Numbered from the stretch's first letter, positions 40,859 to 51,103 are shown. The stretch: 64,000 nucleotides of DNA from a bacterium (GCA_965261085.1 OZ253442.1:3552001-3616000), one strand, 5' to 3'. The notes: a model not told the origin generated them from the sequence alone. Translations and numbers: made by a program.

Positions 40859-42379
40859 CTATCCTTCCGCGCTATGCTCACCCAGGTCGGCGGGGTCGGT
40901 CACCTCGATGCTCCCCTTGAGCCCGAACAGGCGCTGCATCTTCTTCCTGAAGGCCGGCGTAAAGAGTTTTTCGGCATAATACCGGCCCGCCACCCTTTTG
41001 TTCACCTGCGCCAGGGTGGGATACACGTGAACCGTATCCACCACCTCCTTGACGTGCATCTTCTTTCGGACGGCCAGCACGAACTCGTGCAATATCTCTC
41101 CCGCCGCAGGTCCGACCAAATCGGCCCCCACGAGCCTGCCCTTCTCGTCGCACACCACCTTGCAAATACCCTCCGTTTCCCCATCCAGGACGGCGCGGTC
41201 CACCCGGCTCATCGGAAAGCGAAGCACTTGCACGCGGTTCGCCCCCAACGCCGCTTCGGCGTCCGCTTCGCTCAAGCCGACGTGCGCCGCCTCGGGCGTC
41301 GTGTAGATCGTCCATGGCACGGCGTCGTAGTTCGTTTTTTTCTTGAGAAACGGGAGCGGAACCCCGAAAGGCGCGCTGAAGAGCATGTTCCTGAGCGCCA
41401 CGCCCGCTTCATACTCCGCCATGTGGGTGAAGAGATATTGGCCCCGAATATCACCGGCAGCGAAGATGCGCGGATTCGCGGTTTGAAGATATTCGTCCGT
41501 CTCCACGCCGCGAGGGGTGTACTTCACACCTGCTTTCTCCAGGTCCATCCCGGCCACGTTGGGCGATCGGCCAGTCGCGATGAGTAGTTGATCACAAACC
41601 CATTCTCTCTTCCCCGATGGCGTATCCGCTTCGAGGAAAATCTCCTCGCCGCGTTTTTCGACTCTTTGCGTGTTCACGTTGAAATGAAGTTTAAGACCCG
41701 ATTTCGTCAAGGAATCGCCCAGAATCTCAGCCATCTCTTTATCGAGCCTTGGCAAGAGTTTCGGCGCGCTTTGCAGCACTTCCACCTCGGCGCCGAGTTG
41801 TTGAAACGCTTGGGATAATTCCAGGCCGATGGGTCCGGCTCCCAGCACCACCAGGCGTCTGGGCAACTCCTCCAAATCAAAAACGGTTTCGTTCGTGAGA
41901 TAGGGCACGCTATCGAGGCCGGCGATGGGCGGCACGAAAGGAGAACTTCCCATGGACAGCAAAAACCGCTTGGCACGCAGCGTCCGCTCTCCCACCTGAA
42001 ACGTGTCGGGGCCGGTAAAAGCACCATCGCCGAATATCACCTCGATGCCCATCCCCTCGAAACGCTCGGGCGCATCGTGCTCGCCGATGTGAGATTGAGC
42101 CGCCTTCATGCGCTTCATGACGCGGGGGAAATCGACCCGAACGTCGCTCACGTCAATCCCGAACTCGGGCATCGAGCGCGCCTGCGCCGCCAGCCTCGCC
42201 GCGCGTATCAGGCCTTTCGAGGGCACGCATCCATAGTTCAGGCAATCCCCGCCGAGCTTCGTCTTCTCGACGAGCGCGGCCTTGGCGCCCAGTTGCGCCG
42301 CGCCAACGGAAGCCACCAAACCACCGACGCCTCCTCCGATGGCCACCAAATCAAACACCGATTCATTTTGCATCTTCAT
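40859..42379 (-). CDS. FAD-dependent pyridine nucleotide-disulfide oxidoreductase (MerA/Lpd-like, HxYPT subtype)
   Basis: GGGVGG, GGDCLNYGCVPSK, GAGPIGLE, ATGR.PN, AAGD, FTH, HVYPT. Confidence 0.9.
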   Translation of the reverse strand: MKMQNESVFDLVAIGGGVGGLVASVGAAQLGAKAALVEKTKLGGDCLNYGCVPSKGLIRAARLAAQARSMPEFGIDVSDVRVDFPRVMKRMKAAQSHIGEHDAPERFEGMGIEVIFGDGAFTGPDTFQVGERTLRAKRFLLSMGSSPFVPPIAGLDSVPYLTNETVFDLEELPRRLVVLGAGPIGLELSQAFQQLGAEVEVLQSAPKLLPRLDKEMAEILGDSLTKSGLKLHFNVNTQRVEKRGEEIFLEADTPSGKREWVCDQLLIATGRSPNVAGMDLEKAGVKYTPRGVETDEYLQTANPRIFAAGDIRGQYLFTHMAEYEAGVALRNMLFSAPFGVPLPFLKKKTNYDAVPWTIYTTPEAAHVGLSEADAEAALGANRVQVLRFPMSRVDRAVLDGETEGICKVVCDEKGRLVGADLVGPAAGEILHEFVLAVRKKMHVKEVVDTVHVYPTLAQVNKRVAGRYYAEKLFTPAFRKKMQRLFGLKGSIEVTDPADLGEHSAEG

Positions 42380-42434
42380 ATCCTCTCCAGATGGCGAAAA
42401 CCGCCTATCCTGCAACAAATGCGGATTGACCCGC

Positions 42435-43961
42435 TCAAGACGTTTCCTTATCCAAGGGTTTGAGCCCAAACGCGAAGAACAAAACCGCGATGAGGAAATA
42501 ACCGACAGCTATGCCGGGCGCCGCCCCCCAGCCGAAGGAACTGACGACGCCGCCGGGCGTGATTCGCCAGGCGTGGATGATGCCGAACCAACTCAAGACC
42601 GCACCGGCCATGGCCCAGCCTCCCGCCTGTTTCGGCTCGCGGTCCACCAGCTTCGCTACGATGGCCGTCATGATGATGGACGTAAAAAGAAAACCGCGCG
42701 CCAAGGTAACCATCCCCACCATGTGGAATCCCGATTTAACGAACGCGTCCTGCCCCACTTTCCATATGTTCGTGCCTGCCGCCCGGAGGGAGGATTCCAC
42801 CATCAACAATCCCCACGCGGCGATGGCAGGTATCAACCCGATGGCCACGGCCGGTCCGTGGCGCGCCGGCGACGCCTGAAACGCCTGGGTGAGCATCATC
42901 ACCCCAATCCAGAGCATGAGGGCGAAGAGTGCTTCACCCGGAATGATTTTCGAGAGCGCTGCAATCGAGCCAGTGAAACAAAGAATCGTCATAACGACCC
43001 CGTTCATCGCACTATAGGCCGAGCGTGCCCCAACCGCCTTCCACGCCGGGTGCCCAATATACAAGGTGGTGGGAAAACAACTACCCAAGCACGCCGCAAG
43101 AAGCGAGCCCGCGCCGTTCACCGCCAGGGAACTGCCCGTATCAAAATTGTCTCCGCCCGCGGCCGCGCTTTCGAGGCACATCAAACTGCCCACCAGCGTC
43201 ATCAGACCCATGGGGATGGAAACGGAGAGATAATCCCAGGCCAGCGGACCGAAAAGAGCGTCGGATAAAGGGCCCAGGGCCGAGGTTGGGAGCGCCAAGC
43301 CCACAGGCGCAGGAATCCCGCCCGGAAATCCCTTGATGACGGCGGATAGGACCACTCCCACCGCCACCGCCACGAGGCCGCCCGGCACGCCGAAGGGAAA
43401 CCGGAATCCTCCGAAATAATGGAGCAGTATGATTCCAAGCGGGATCATGGAGAGGAGTGGATTTTCCCAGATTCGGAACGTGAAATCCATGGCAATGAAC
43501 GTGAGCGCGATGCCCCCCAGAGCGGAGAGCAAAGCGGCCCTCGGCGCGAGCCGCCTGATATGCTTGCCCACCAGCGAGCCGACGGTCTCTATCACCCCGC
43601 TCACGAAACAGGCCGCCAGTCCCGCTTGCCAGGCCGCCTCGGCGCTTCCGGTCTTCAGCTTCACGGGCAGCATGACGAAAATAATGAACGCGAATAGCGT
43701 CACCGTGTTGATGCCGTACGGCATGGCGGTCACGTCGTCGCGGCCTTCGCGCGCGGCCAGGCGCCTCGCCTGCCAAGAGTAGAAGAGGTTGCCCCCCAGG
43801 AGGCTTAAGGCCGCGGCGGGCAACACGCGCCCGAAAATGAGCGAATCGGGAAAGCCCATCATCCCTTTGAGGAAACTCACGATGAGAAGCAGATTGATGA
43901 GGTTGTCCATCCACAGGCCGAAGAAGCCATCGACATCACCCTTCACGAACCACGTAGACAT
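42435..43961 (-). CDS. NCS2/AzgA-like permease
   Basis: GDVDGFFGL, TAMPYG, ESAAAGGD, YIGHP.WK; more than 12 TM segments; AGGAGG SD before ATG 43961. Confidence 0.82.
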   Translation of the reverse strand: MSTWFVKGDVDGFFGLWMDNLINLLLIVSFLKGMMGFPDSLIFGRVLPAAALSLLGGNLFYSWQARRLAAREGRDDVTAMPYGINTVTLFAFIIFVMLPVKLKTGSAEAAWQAGLAACFVSGVIETVGSLVGKHIRRLAPRAALLSALGGIALTFIAMDFTFRIWENPLLSMIPLGIILLHYFGGFRFPFGVPGGLVAVAVGVVLSAVIKGFPGGIPAPVGLALPTSALGPLSDALFGPLAWDYLSVSIPMGLMTLVGSLMCLESAAAGGDNFDTGSSLAVNGAGSLLAACLGSCFPTTLYIGHPAWKAVGARSAYSAMNGVVMTILCFTGSIAALSKIIPGEALFALMLWIGVMMLTQAFQASPARHGPAVAIGLIPAIAAWGLLMVESSLRAAGTNIWKVGQDAFVKSGFHMVGMVTLARGFLFTSIIMTAIVAKLVDREPKQAGGWAMAGAVLSWFGIIHAWRITPGGVVSSFGWGAAPGIAVGYFLIAVLFFAFGLKPLDKETS

Positions 43962-44138
43962 CGGAGTCCTCCTGCTCAAAGTGAAAAACGTCAAACCAGG
44001 CGCGCCGCAATTCTCGGGATAGTAAAACAAGCGGCAATATTCGCCAAAGCGCCCGAGGCTGTTTTTCTCATCTCCATCGTTTTGATATGCTTTATCCGTA
44101 AACAAAAATTACGTTCGCGCTCATAGGGGAGAAAAGCG

Positions 44139-44891
44139 ATGGAAGCTGTCAAAGTTTATACGCGGCACGGGTGATATACCTGCGCCCTTACGAGAGAGTT
44201 TCTCTCGTCCAGCGGTCTGGAAGTCATTAACCGGGACTGTACGAACGACGCCGAGGCTCAGGCGGAGCTCAAGGCGCTGGGAATCAAGGCCCTGCCCGTC
44301 GCCGTGCGCGGAGAGAACGTGGTGGTGGGCTATGACGTGGATGCGCTTCGCAAAGCCTTCGATATCGAACAGGAAGGCGCAGGCCCCCTCTCGTCTGAAA
44401 AAATGCTCCACTACTTCGAGATGGTCTTCGACGCCCTTCGCCGCGCGGTCCGCCAAATCCCGCAGGAAACGCTCGATTGGGTATCTCCCGGTAGACCCCG
44501 TACGCTTCGCCAACTCACATGGCACAGCTTCGAGCGTCCCGACCTGGTGATGCAGACCCACGCATCGGGGGAATACACCGAGGATATGGTGAGGGAATAT
44601 GAAACGGTGGCGAACAACTACCACACCCAAGAGGATATCTGCGGCTACGGCGATGAAATTCAGGCCAAGCTCACCGATTTTCTCACCGACGGCGGCGAGG
44701 CGCTCGCGCGGAAAGTGTCGAGCTATATGGGACCCATCACCGTGCATGAGTTGATGATCCTCTCCCTGGGGCACGCTTTCCAGCATTTGCGGCAAACCTA
44801 TCACTATTTCGGGATGCTGGAGATTGAGCCGGAAAATCCCTTACGCCCCGAGGATTACGAGGAAGTGCCCGTGCCCAAGGATCTTTTCTAG
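44139..44891 (+). CDS. selenoprotein: UxxC glutaredoxin/NrdH-like domain fused to a DinB-family domain (250 aa)
   Basis: SD AGGGGAG + ATG 44139; MEAVKVYTRHG-TGA-YTCALTREFL...LPV continues in frame into ORF 44304-44891; DinB His motifs LTWH and HAFQH; hairpin after the TGA. Confidence 0.85.
44175..44216 (+). promoter_or_regulatory. putative bacterial SECIS element
   Basis: ACGAGAGA (44190-97) / TCTCTCGT (44201-08) stem with a GTT apical loop starting 24 nt after the TGA; weaker lower stem. Confidence 0.65.
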
Positions 44892-44920
44892 CCAGACGTC
44901 GAGTTTAAGGAGGCCGCCTG

Positions 44921-46198
44921 ATGCCCTCGAAAGATACATTCCCCCTTCGCGCCAACCGCGCCCGCATGAGGCGTGAATTCAACGCCCAGGCGCGAATCGG
45001 CAAATACGGGAAAACGGGCCTCGACCGCGTAGCCTTTACGCCGGCCTACAACGATGTTCGCGACCTCGTCCAAGGCTGGATGAAGGAGGCGGGCCTTAAG
45101 ACGCGCGTCGACGCCGTGGGGAATCTGTACGGAAGAAAAGAAGGCCGCATGGGCGGGCTTCCCGCCGTGATGGTCGGCTCGCACCTCGATTCCCAAAGCC
45201 CGGGCGGGCGATTCGACGGGCCCGCAGGCGTCCTCACCGCCTTGGAGGCGGTCCGGCGCATTGACGAGGCGGGATTCACGCATGCTCACCCCATTGAGGT
45301 GGTGGCCTTCGTGGGAGAAGAATCCGCATGCGGGATGACGGTGTTCGGCAGCAGCGTCGCCACGGGCGTCGTGGGCGTGAAGGACTTGAAGAACACGGAG
45401 CATCCCCCCACCGGAAAATCGCTGTATGAGGCCATCGAGGCGGTGGGCGGAAGCCCTGCGCGCGTGCGCTCCTGCAAGATTCAGGAAGGGTCGCTCAAGG
45501 CCTTTTTGGAGCTTCACATCGAACAGGGGCCGGTTCTCGAATCAGCCGAGGCGCCCATCGGCATCGTGGACAGGGTCGTGGGATACACGAGAGGCGAGGT
45601 TCACTTCTCGGGCGTCGCGGCGCACTCGGGCGGACAGCCCATGCCTTACCGGAAGGACGCCGGCATGGCGGCGGCGGACTTCATGGTGCGGATGGAGAAC
45701 GCCGTGAAACGCGCGCCCGAATCCCAGCGTCTTACGATTACCTTCGGCGAGATGGAAGCGCTCCCCGGGTGGGTATCCATCGTGCCCGGAGGCGCGAGGC
45801 TTTCCTTCGACCTGAGGAGCAGAAGCCAGGCGGTGATGGAGCGTACCCTCGCGCGAATGGAGAAAACACTCGCCGCCATCGAGAAGGAGCGCGGCGTTCA
45901 GGGGCGCTTGTCCGGCGTGAACAAGCTGGCCGTCTGCCCCACGTCCGCCAACATCCAAAAGGCTCTCCGGCGCGCCTCTAAAGAGACGGGACACGCCTCG
46001 CTCACGCTATCGAGCGGCGGGGTGCACGACGCCTGCCGCATGGCGGCGATATGCCCGATGGGCATGGTGTTCATTCCCTCGGTGGGTGGGCTCTCGCACA
46101 CTCCGGAGGAGTTCACGCACTTTGACGACATGGTGAAGGGTGCGGAAATCCTCGCCTCAGCCACCCTGCGTCTTACCGATGAGAAGGTGAAGGCGTAA
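44921..46198 (+). CDS. M20 Zn amidohydrolase (allantoate amidohydrolase / N-carbamoyl-amino acid hydrolase family)
   Basis: GSHLDS..GG.FDG, EE, ELHIEQGP, AHSG, SGG.HDA, SH.PEE. Confidence 0.9.
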   Translation: MPSKDTFPLRANRARMRREFNAQARIGKYGKTGLDRVAFTPAYNDVRDLVQGWMKEAGLKTRVDAVGNLYGRKEGRMGGLPAVMVGSHLDSQSPGGRFDGPAGVLTALEAVRRIDEAGFTHAHPIEVVAFVGEESACGMTVFGSSVATGVVGVKDLKNTEHPPTGKSLYEAIEAVGGSPARVRSCKIQEGSLKAFLELHIEQGPVLESAEAPIGIVDRVVGYTRGEVHFSGVAAHSGGQPMPYRKDAGMAAADFMVRMENAVKRAPESQRLTITFGEMEALPGWVSIVPGGARLSFDLRSRSQAVMERTLARMEKTLAAIEKERGVQGRLSGVNKLAVCPTSANIQKALRRASKETGHASLTLSSGGVHDACRMAAICPMGMVFIPSVGGLSHTPEEFTHFDDMVKGAEILASATLRLTDEKVKA

Positions 46199-46482
46199 GA
46201 AAAAAACCAACAAGCGAAGCCTCCCCGAAATCATCTCTTCTTTGCGATGCCCAGCGGCCTTGCGCCTTTGATGGCCCTCCCGCCCCGACGGACGTTCCTC
46301 GCACTTCTGCGTTTTTTACCCTAATCCCTCTTTTCCCCTATTTGTGGGGCGAGGCGTTTTGTGGTAAATTCTGGAGCACTAACCAGTCACAAGGGAAGTG
46401 CAGATTTGTTGCCGCAGCTTCGTATGCGGCGTAGTGTCTCGAAACCAGAAACTCTACAGGCGCAATCGAGAGGGAGAAAAAA

Positions 46483-47745
46483 ATGGGCAGGATATTCAGG
46501 CACGTCATTTTCGGGTTCTTGCTGCTCCTCGCGGCGAGCATCGCTTTCACCCCCGCGGCGCAGGCGGCCAAAAAAGAGGTCACAATCGGATTCAGCATGG
46601 CGCTGACCGGGCCACTCGGCCCCGCCGGCAAGGCGGCGCTGCTGGCCATCCAGATCTGGCGCGACGACGTGAACGCCAGGGGCGGATTGCTCGGCCGCAA
46701 GGTCAAGTTGGTCTATTACGATGATCAGACCAAACCCGCCAACGTTCCGGGCATCTACGCCAAGCTTCTCGACGTGGACAAGGTGGACTTCGCCGTCTCG
46801 GGCTACGGGACGAACCTCATCGTCCCCGCACTGCCGATCATGATGGAGCGGGGCATGGTGTTCATGGGCCTGTTCGGCCTCGACGCGAACGCCAAGTTCA
46901 AATACGACAACTACTTCCAGATCATGCCGGCCGGCCCCGACCCGGTGGTGGACTGGTCCCGCGGCTTCTTTGAACTCGCCGTGAAGCAAAAGCCCCGGCC
47001 CAAGACGATAGCGCTGCTCTCGGCCGATTCCGAGTTCGCGCGCAACGCCGTGGCCGGCGCCCGTAGGAACGCGAAGAAATACGGCCTCAAGGTCGTCTAC
47101 GACAAGCGCTACCCCTTCCCGGGCACGACCGACTTCACGCCGATTCTGCGCGCGGTCAAGGCTACCAACCCCGACACGTTCTACGTGGGTTCCTACCCAG
47201 GCGGCTCGGTGGGCATCGTGAAGGCCGCGCATGAGATCGACCTCAAACCCAAGCTCTTCGGCGGCGGCATGGTCGGCCTGCAGTACACCGCCATTCAGAT
47301 GAACCTCGGCAAACTGCTCAACGGCATCACGAACTACTGGTTCTGGGCGCCGGAGAAGACCCTGAAATTCCCGGGCATCGAAGCCTTCCTGGCGAAATAC
47401 CAGAAAGAAGCGCCCAAACAGAAGCTCGACCCGCTGGGCTACTACCTTCCGCCGTTCGCCTACGCCTACGTGCAGGTGCTCGGACAGGCGATTGAGGCCA
47501 CCAAGAGCTTCGACCAGAAGAAGGTCGGCGCCTACATCCGCAACAACACCCATTCCACCGTGGTCGGAAAGGTGAAGTTCGGCAAGAACGGCGAATGGGC
47601 GACCTCCCGGACGTTCCAGGTGCAACTCCAGAACATCACGAGCAACAAGATGAGCGAGTTCAGCAAACCCGGCAAGATGGTGGTGCTGTATCCTGAGGAA
47701 TTCAAGTCCGGAAACCTGATCTACCCTTACGAGAAAGCCAAGTAA
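46483..47745 (+). CDS. branched-chain amino acid-type ABC transporter substrate-binding protein
   Basis: Sec-pathway signal peptide, LTGP, NARGGLLGR, YDDQ. Confidence 0.9.
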   Translation: MGRIFRHVIFGFLLLLAASIAFTPAAQAAKKEVTIGFSMALTGPLGPAGKAALLAIQIWRDDVNARGGLLGRKVKLVYYDDQTKPANVPGIYAKLLDVDKVDFAVSGYGTNLIVPALPIMMERGMVFMGLFGLDANAKFKYDNYFQIMPAGPDPVVDWSRGFFELAVKQKPRPKTIALLSADSEFARNAVAGARRNAKKYGLKVVYDKRYPFPGTTDFTPILRAVKATNPDTFYVGSYPGGSVGIVKAAHEIDLKPKLFGGGMVGLQYTAIQMNLGKLLNGITNYWFWAPEKTLKFPGIEAFLAKYQKEAPKQKLDPLGYYLPPFAYAYVQVLGQAIEATKSFDQKKVGAYIRNNTHSTVVGKVKFGKNGEWATSRTFQVQLQNITSNKMSEFSKPGKMVVLYPEEFKSGNLIYPYEKAK

Positions 47746-47760
47746 CGAACCGGAGATGAT

Positions 47761-47797
47761 GACGCGGACCGGGGGGACACACCCCCCGGTCCGCGTC
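47761..47797 (+). terminator. perfect 16-bp stem-loop after the SBP gene (mRNA stabiliser or attenuator)
   Basis: GACGCGGACCGGGGGG-ACACA-CCCCCCGGTCCGCGTC; no U-tract. Confidence 0.6.
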
Positions 47798-47820
47798 CGG
47801 CTCGCAGGAGGAGAGCATCC

Positions 47821-48693
47821 ATGCTCAGTGTCGAATTTTTTCTGAACGCGCTCATGGCGGGCATCCTGCTGGGCGGTTTCTACGCCGCGATAAGCGTGGG
47901 GCTTTCGCTCTCCTTCGGCCTGCTGGACGTCGTGAACATCGCCCATCCGGCGTTCATCCTCTGCGGCTCCTATGTGACTTTCTACGCCAACGAGCATTTC
48001 GGGGTCGACCCGATAATCGCAGGCGTCGTTTTCGCCGTTCCGTTCTACTTCGTGGGTGTCGCGGTCTACCGGATTTACTATAACAGCTTCGAGAAGACGG
48101 GGGCCGAGTCCCTGCGGGGGCTGGTATTTTTCTTCGGACTGTTTTTCCTGATCGAAGTCATCCTCATCATCACCTTTGGGGTGGACTACCGCCTCGTCCA
48201 GGCGTTCTACATCGGAAAATCCACGTCCATCGGCCCGGTGGGAATCGCCTACCGGCTGTTCGTGCCCTTCCTGGTGGGCGGGATACTCGCCACCGGCCTG
48301 TATCTGTTTCTCTCCAAAACATTTTTCGGACGCGCCGTCATGGGCGTGGCGCAGGACAGCCTCGCCGTTCAACTCATGGGGGTCGACCCCATCCGGATCA
48401 AGACGGTCGCGTTCGGCATCAGCATCGCCACCGCCGTGATCGCCGGTTCCCTGCTCATCATCATCGGCCCGGTCGAACCGACCATCGGGCGAGAGTACAT
48501 CGGCCGTGTCTTCGCGGTCACCGTCCTCGGCGGGCTGGGCAGCATGACGGGCACGCTCGTGGGCGCGCTCGTCCTGGGCGTCGCGGAGAGCTTTACCTCT
48601 TCTTTCTTCGGTCCCTCGTGGTCGCTGGCCGTCTCGTTCGGCATTCTGCTCATATGCCTGGCGGTCCGGCCGTCCGGCCTGTTCGGGAGGTAG
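47821..48693 (+). CDS. ABC transporter permease (LivH-like)
   Basis: GLSLSFG...VNIAH, LGGLGS, RPSGLFG. Confidence 0.92.
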   Translation: MLSVEFFLNALMAGILLGGFYAAISVGLSLSFGLLDVVNIAHPAFILCGSYVTFYANEHFGVDPIIAGVVFAVPFYFVGVAVYRIYYNSFEKTGAESLRGLVFFFGLFFLIEVILIITFGVDYRLVQAFYIGKSTSIGPVGIAYRLFVPFLVGGILATGLYLFLSKTFFGRAVMGVAQDSLAVQLMGVDPIRIKTVAFGISIATAVIAGSLLIIIGPVEPTIGREYIGRVFAVTVLGGLGSMTGTLVGALVLGVAESFTSSFFGPSWSLAVSFGILLICLAVRPSGLFGR

Positions 48694-48697
48694 CTCC

Positions 48698-49657
48698 TTG
48701 AATAGCGAAAGGAGGCTCTTCCTGATCGTGGCCGCGGTGCTGATCGTGGGAGCGTTCCTCATCACCACCCAGATGGAAAACCGATTCTACTACAAGGCGG
48801 CCTATGTCGTTTTGCAGTACGTCGTCCTGGCCACCGCCTGGAACATCCTGGGCGGCTACACCGGCTACGTGAACTTCGGCACGGCGGCGTTCTTCGCCAT
48901 GGGCGCTTATACCGCCGTCGCGCTCATCAAGACCTGGAAGCCGCCCCTCTACGTGCTGCTCGTCGCGGGCGGCCTCGTCTCGGGCCTGTTGGGACTCGGC
49001 ATCGGCTACCTGACCTTGAGGCTCAGGGGCGTTTTCTTCTCCATCGCCACCCTGGCGCTCGCCATCGTGCTCCAGATGCTCGTCTCGAACTGGGACTACG
49101 TGGGCGGGGGCGCGGGCACGCCCGTCCTCAAGCCGAGGAGCGTGCCGCTGTTCTCGAACTACGACGAGTTCCTGTTCTTCGTCATGGCGGCGCTCGCGGT
49201 GGTCGCCGTGTCGACCGCCTGGCTCATCGAGCATTCCTGGGTCGGGCGGGGAATGGCCGCCATCCGCGACAACGAGGAGGCGGCCGAGTGCATGGGCGTG
49301 CCCATCCTCAAGATCAAGCTGTTCGCCACCACGGTGAGCGGCGCCCTGATGGGGATCGCCGGCGCGCCGTTTTCCTATTTCGTCGTCTACATCGAACCCA
49401 CCTCGGCCTTTCACCTCGATTACGCCGTGAACAGCCTGGCCATGCCCATGATCGGCGGCACCACCACCTGGCTCGGCCCGCTGGTCGGCGCGGTTCTCGT
49501 CGGCACGGCCCAGCAGATAGCCACCGTCACCCTCTCTTCGGAGATGAACCTGCTCATCGTGGGCAGCCTGCTCGTGGGCTTCGTGGTGTTCGCTCCCGAC
49601 GGCCTCGTGGGCCTGTTCGGTAAAATCCGCGCGCGCCTCGCAGGGAGGGAGGCATAA
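48698..49657 (+). CDS. ABC transporter permease (LivM-like)
   Basis: WNILGGYTGYVNFG, LRG..F.IATL, AIRDNEEAA, PDGLVG. Confidence 0.92.
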   Translation: MNSERRLFLIVAAVLIVGAFLITTQMENRFYYKAAYVVLQYVVLATAWNILGGYTGYVNFGTAAFFAMGAYTAVALIKTWKPPLYVLLVAGGLVSGLLGLGIGYLTLRLRGVFFSIATLALAIVLQMLVSNWDYVGGGAGTPVLKPRSVPLFSNYDEFLFFVMAALAVVAVSTAWLIEHSWVGRGMAAIRDNEEAAECMGVPILKIKLFATTVSGALMGIAGAPFSYFVVYIEPTSAFHLDYAVNSLAMPMIGGTTTWLGPLVGAVLVGTAQQIATVTLSSEMNLLIVGSLLVGFVVFAPDGLVGLFGKIRARLAGREA

Positions 49658-50382
49658 TGAGCGACAATCTCCTCGACGTACACGGCGTCACCAAACGCTT
49701 CGGCGGCTTCAGCGCGCTCACCAAAGTGGATTTGCACGTGAAGGAAAACGAGCGCTTCGGCCTCATCGGCCCCAACGGATCGGGCAAGACCACCCTGATC
49801 AACTGCATCTCGGGCGCTCTCGCCAACGACGAGGGGAACATCGTCTTTTCCGGCCGGGACATCACCACCATGCCCGCCTACAAGCGAACCCGCATGGGCA
49901 TCGCCCGCAGCTTCCAGATTCCCAAGCCGTTCGTCAGCATGACGGTGCTCGAGAATCTGTGCATTCCGCTCGAATACGCCGCCCACAAGCATTCGCACGG
50001 GGCGGACCTTCAAGGCGAGGCCATGGAGATACTCGAAGTCATGAGCCTGGCGGACAAGGCCGACGCGCGGACCGGGGGGCTCACGCAGATCGAACTGCGC
50101 AAGCTCGAACTCGCCCGCGCCATGGCGGCCAAGCCGCGATTGCTCATATCGGACGAGGCCATGGCCGGCCTCTCCAACACCGAGGTGGACGACATTCTCG
50201 AAATCCTCGTGCGCCTGAACGAAGAGGGCCTCACCGTCATCATGATCGAGCACATCATGCGGGCGGTCATGAGTTTTTCGGAGCGCATCGTCGTCTTGGA
50301 CGCGGGTGAGAAAATCGCCGAGGGCGCGCCCGATGAGATCGTCAACAACAAAGACGTGGAAAGGGCCTACCTTGGCGCATAG
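49657..50382 (+). CDS. ABC transporter ATP-binding protein (LivG-like)
   Basis: GPNGSGKTT, RSFQ, DEAMAG, EH. Confidence 0.93.
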   Translation: MSDNLLDVHGVTKRFGGFSALTKVDLHVKENERFGLIGPNGSGKTTLINCISGALANDEGNIVFSGRDITTMPAYKRTRMGIARSFQIPKPFVSMTVLENLCIPLEYAAHKHSHGADLQGEAMEILEVMSLADKADARTGGLTQIELRKLELARAMAAKPRLLISDEAMAGLSNTEVDDILEILVRLNEEGLTVIMIEHIMRAVMSFSERIVVLDAGEKIAEGAPDEIVNNKDVERAYLGA

Positions 50383-51103
50383 GATAGTCGTCGAAAACGT
50401 CTCCGCAGGCTACGGGGCAGTGCGCGTGCTGCACGGGGTCTCCATCGAGGTGAACGACGGGGAGACCGTCGTGCTCCTCGGCACCAACGGCAACGGCAAG
50501 AGCACCCTCATCAAGTGCATCATGGGCATCGTTGAGCCCGACGAGGGCGAGATATACCTGGAAGCCGACGGCGAGCGCATCAGCCTGGTGGGCCGAAAAC
50601 CCGAAGAGATCGTCAACATGGGCGTCACGCTCGTGCCCGAGGGCAGGCGTCTCTTCCCCCTCCTGACGGTGGAAGAAAACCTCCTCTTAGGCGCCTACCG
50701 CGAGGAGGCCCGCCGCGACATCGATCGCAACCTGGCCTTCTCCTTCGAGGCCTTCCCGGTTCTCAAGGAACGCAAGAGCCAGCTCGCAGGCAGCATGAGC
50801 GGGGGCGAGCAGCAGATGCTGGCCGTGGCCCGCGCCTTGATGTCCGCTCCCCGGGTGCTTCTGGTGGATGAGCCTTCCGTCGGCTTGGCGCCCATCCTCG
50901 TTACCCGGGTGATCGCCAAAATCCGCGAACTCAAAGAGAAATACCAGCTCACCATCCTCATGGCCGAGCAGAACTTCAACCAGGCGGTCAAGATAGCCGA
51001 CAGGGGCTACATCATCGTCCACGGCGAAATCGCCTTCGAGGGAGTGAACACCGAGGCCCTCGCGGGCCACGAACTCGTGAAGAAATACTACCTCGGGGTG
51101 TGA
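50372..51103 (+). CDS. ABC transporter ATP-binding protein (LivF-like)
   Basis: GTNGNGKST, VPEGR, MSGGEQQM, DEPS.GLAP; TTG start inferred. Confidence 0.92.
   Translation: MAHRIVVENVSAGYGAVRVLHGVSIEVNDGETVVLLGTNGNGKSTLIKCIMGIVEPDEGEIYLEADGERISLVGRKPEEIVNMGVTLVPEGRRLFPLLTVEENLLLGAYREEARRDIDRNLAFSFEAFPVLKERKSQLAGSMSGGEQQMLAVARALMSAPRVLLVDEPSVGLAPILVTRVIAKIRELKEKYQLTILMAEQNFNQAVKIADRGYIIVHGEIAFEGVNTEALAGHELVKKYYLGV

Noticed and set aside
40859-42379. Annotation as lpdA or merA
   Set aside because: Lacks the HPTxxE dyad of E3 and the C-terminal Cys pair of MerA
46387-48768. 793-aa minus-strand ORF, and similar long antisense ORFs at 51506-52828, 54162-55418 and 59342-60751
   Set aside because: Antisense shadows of well-supported ABC transporter and ligase genes
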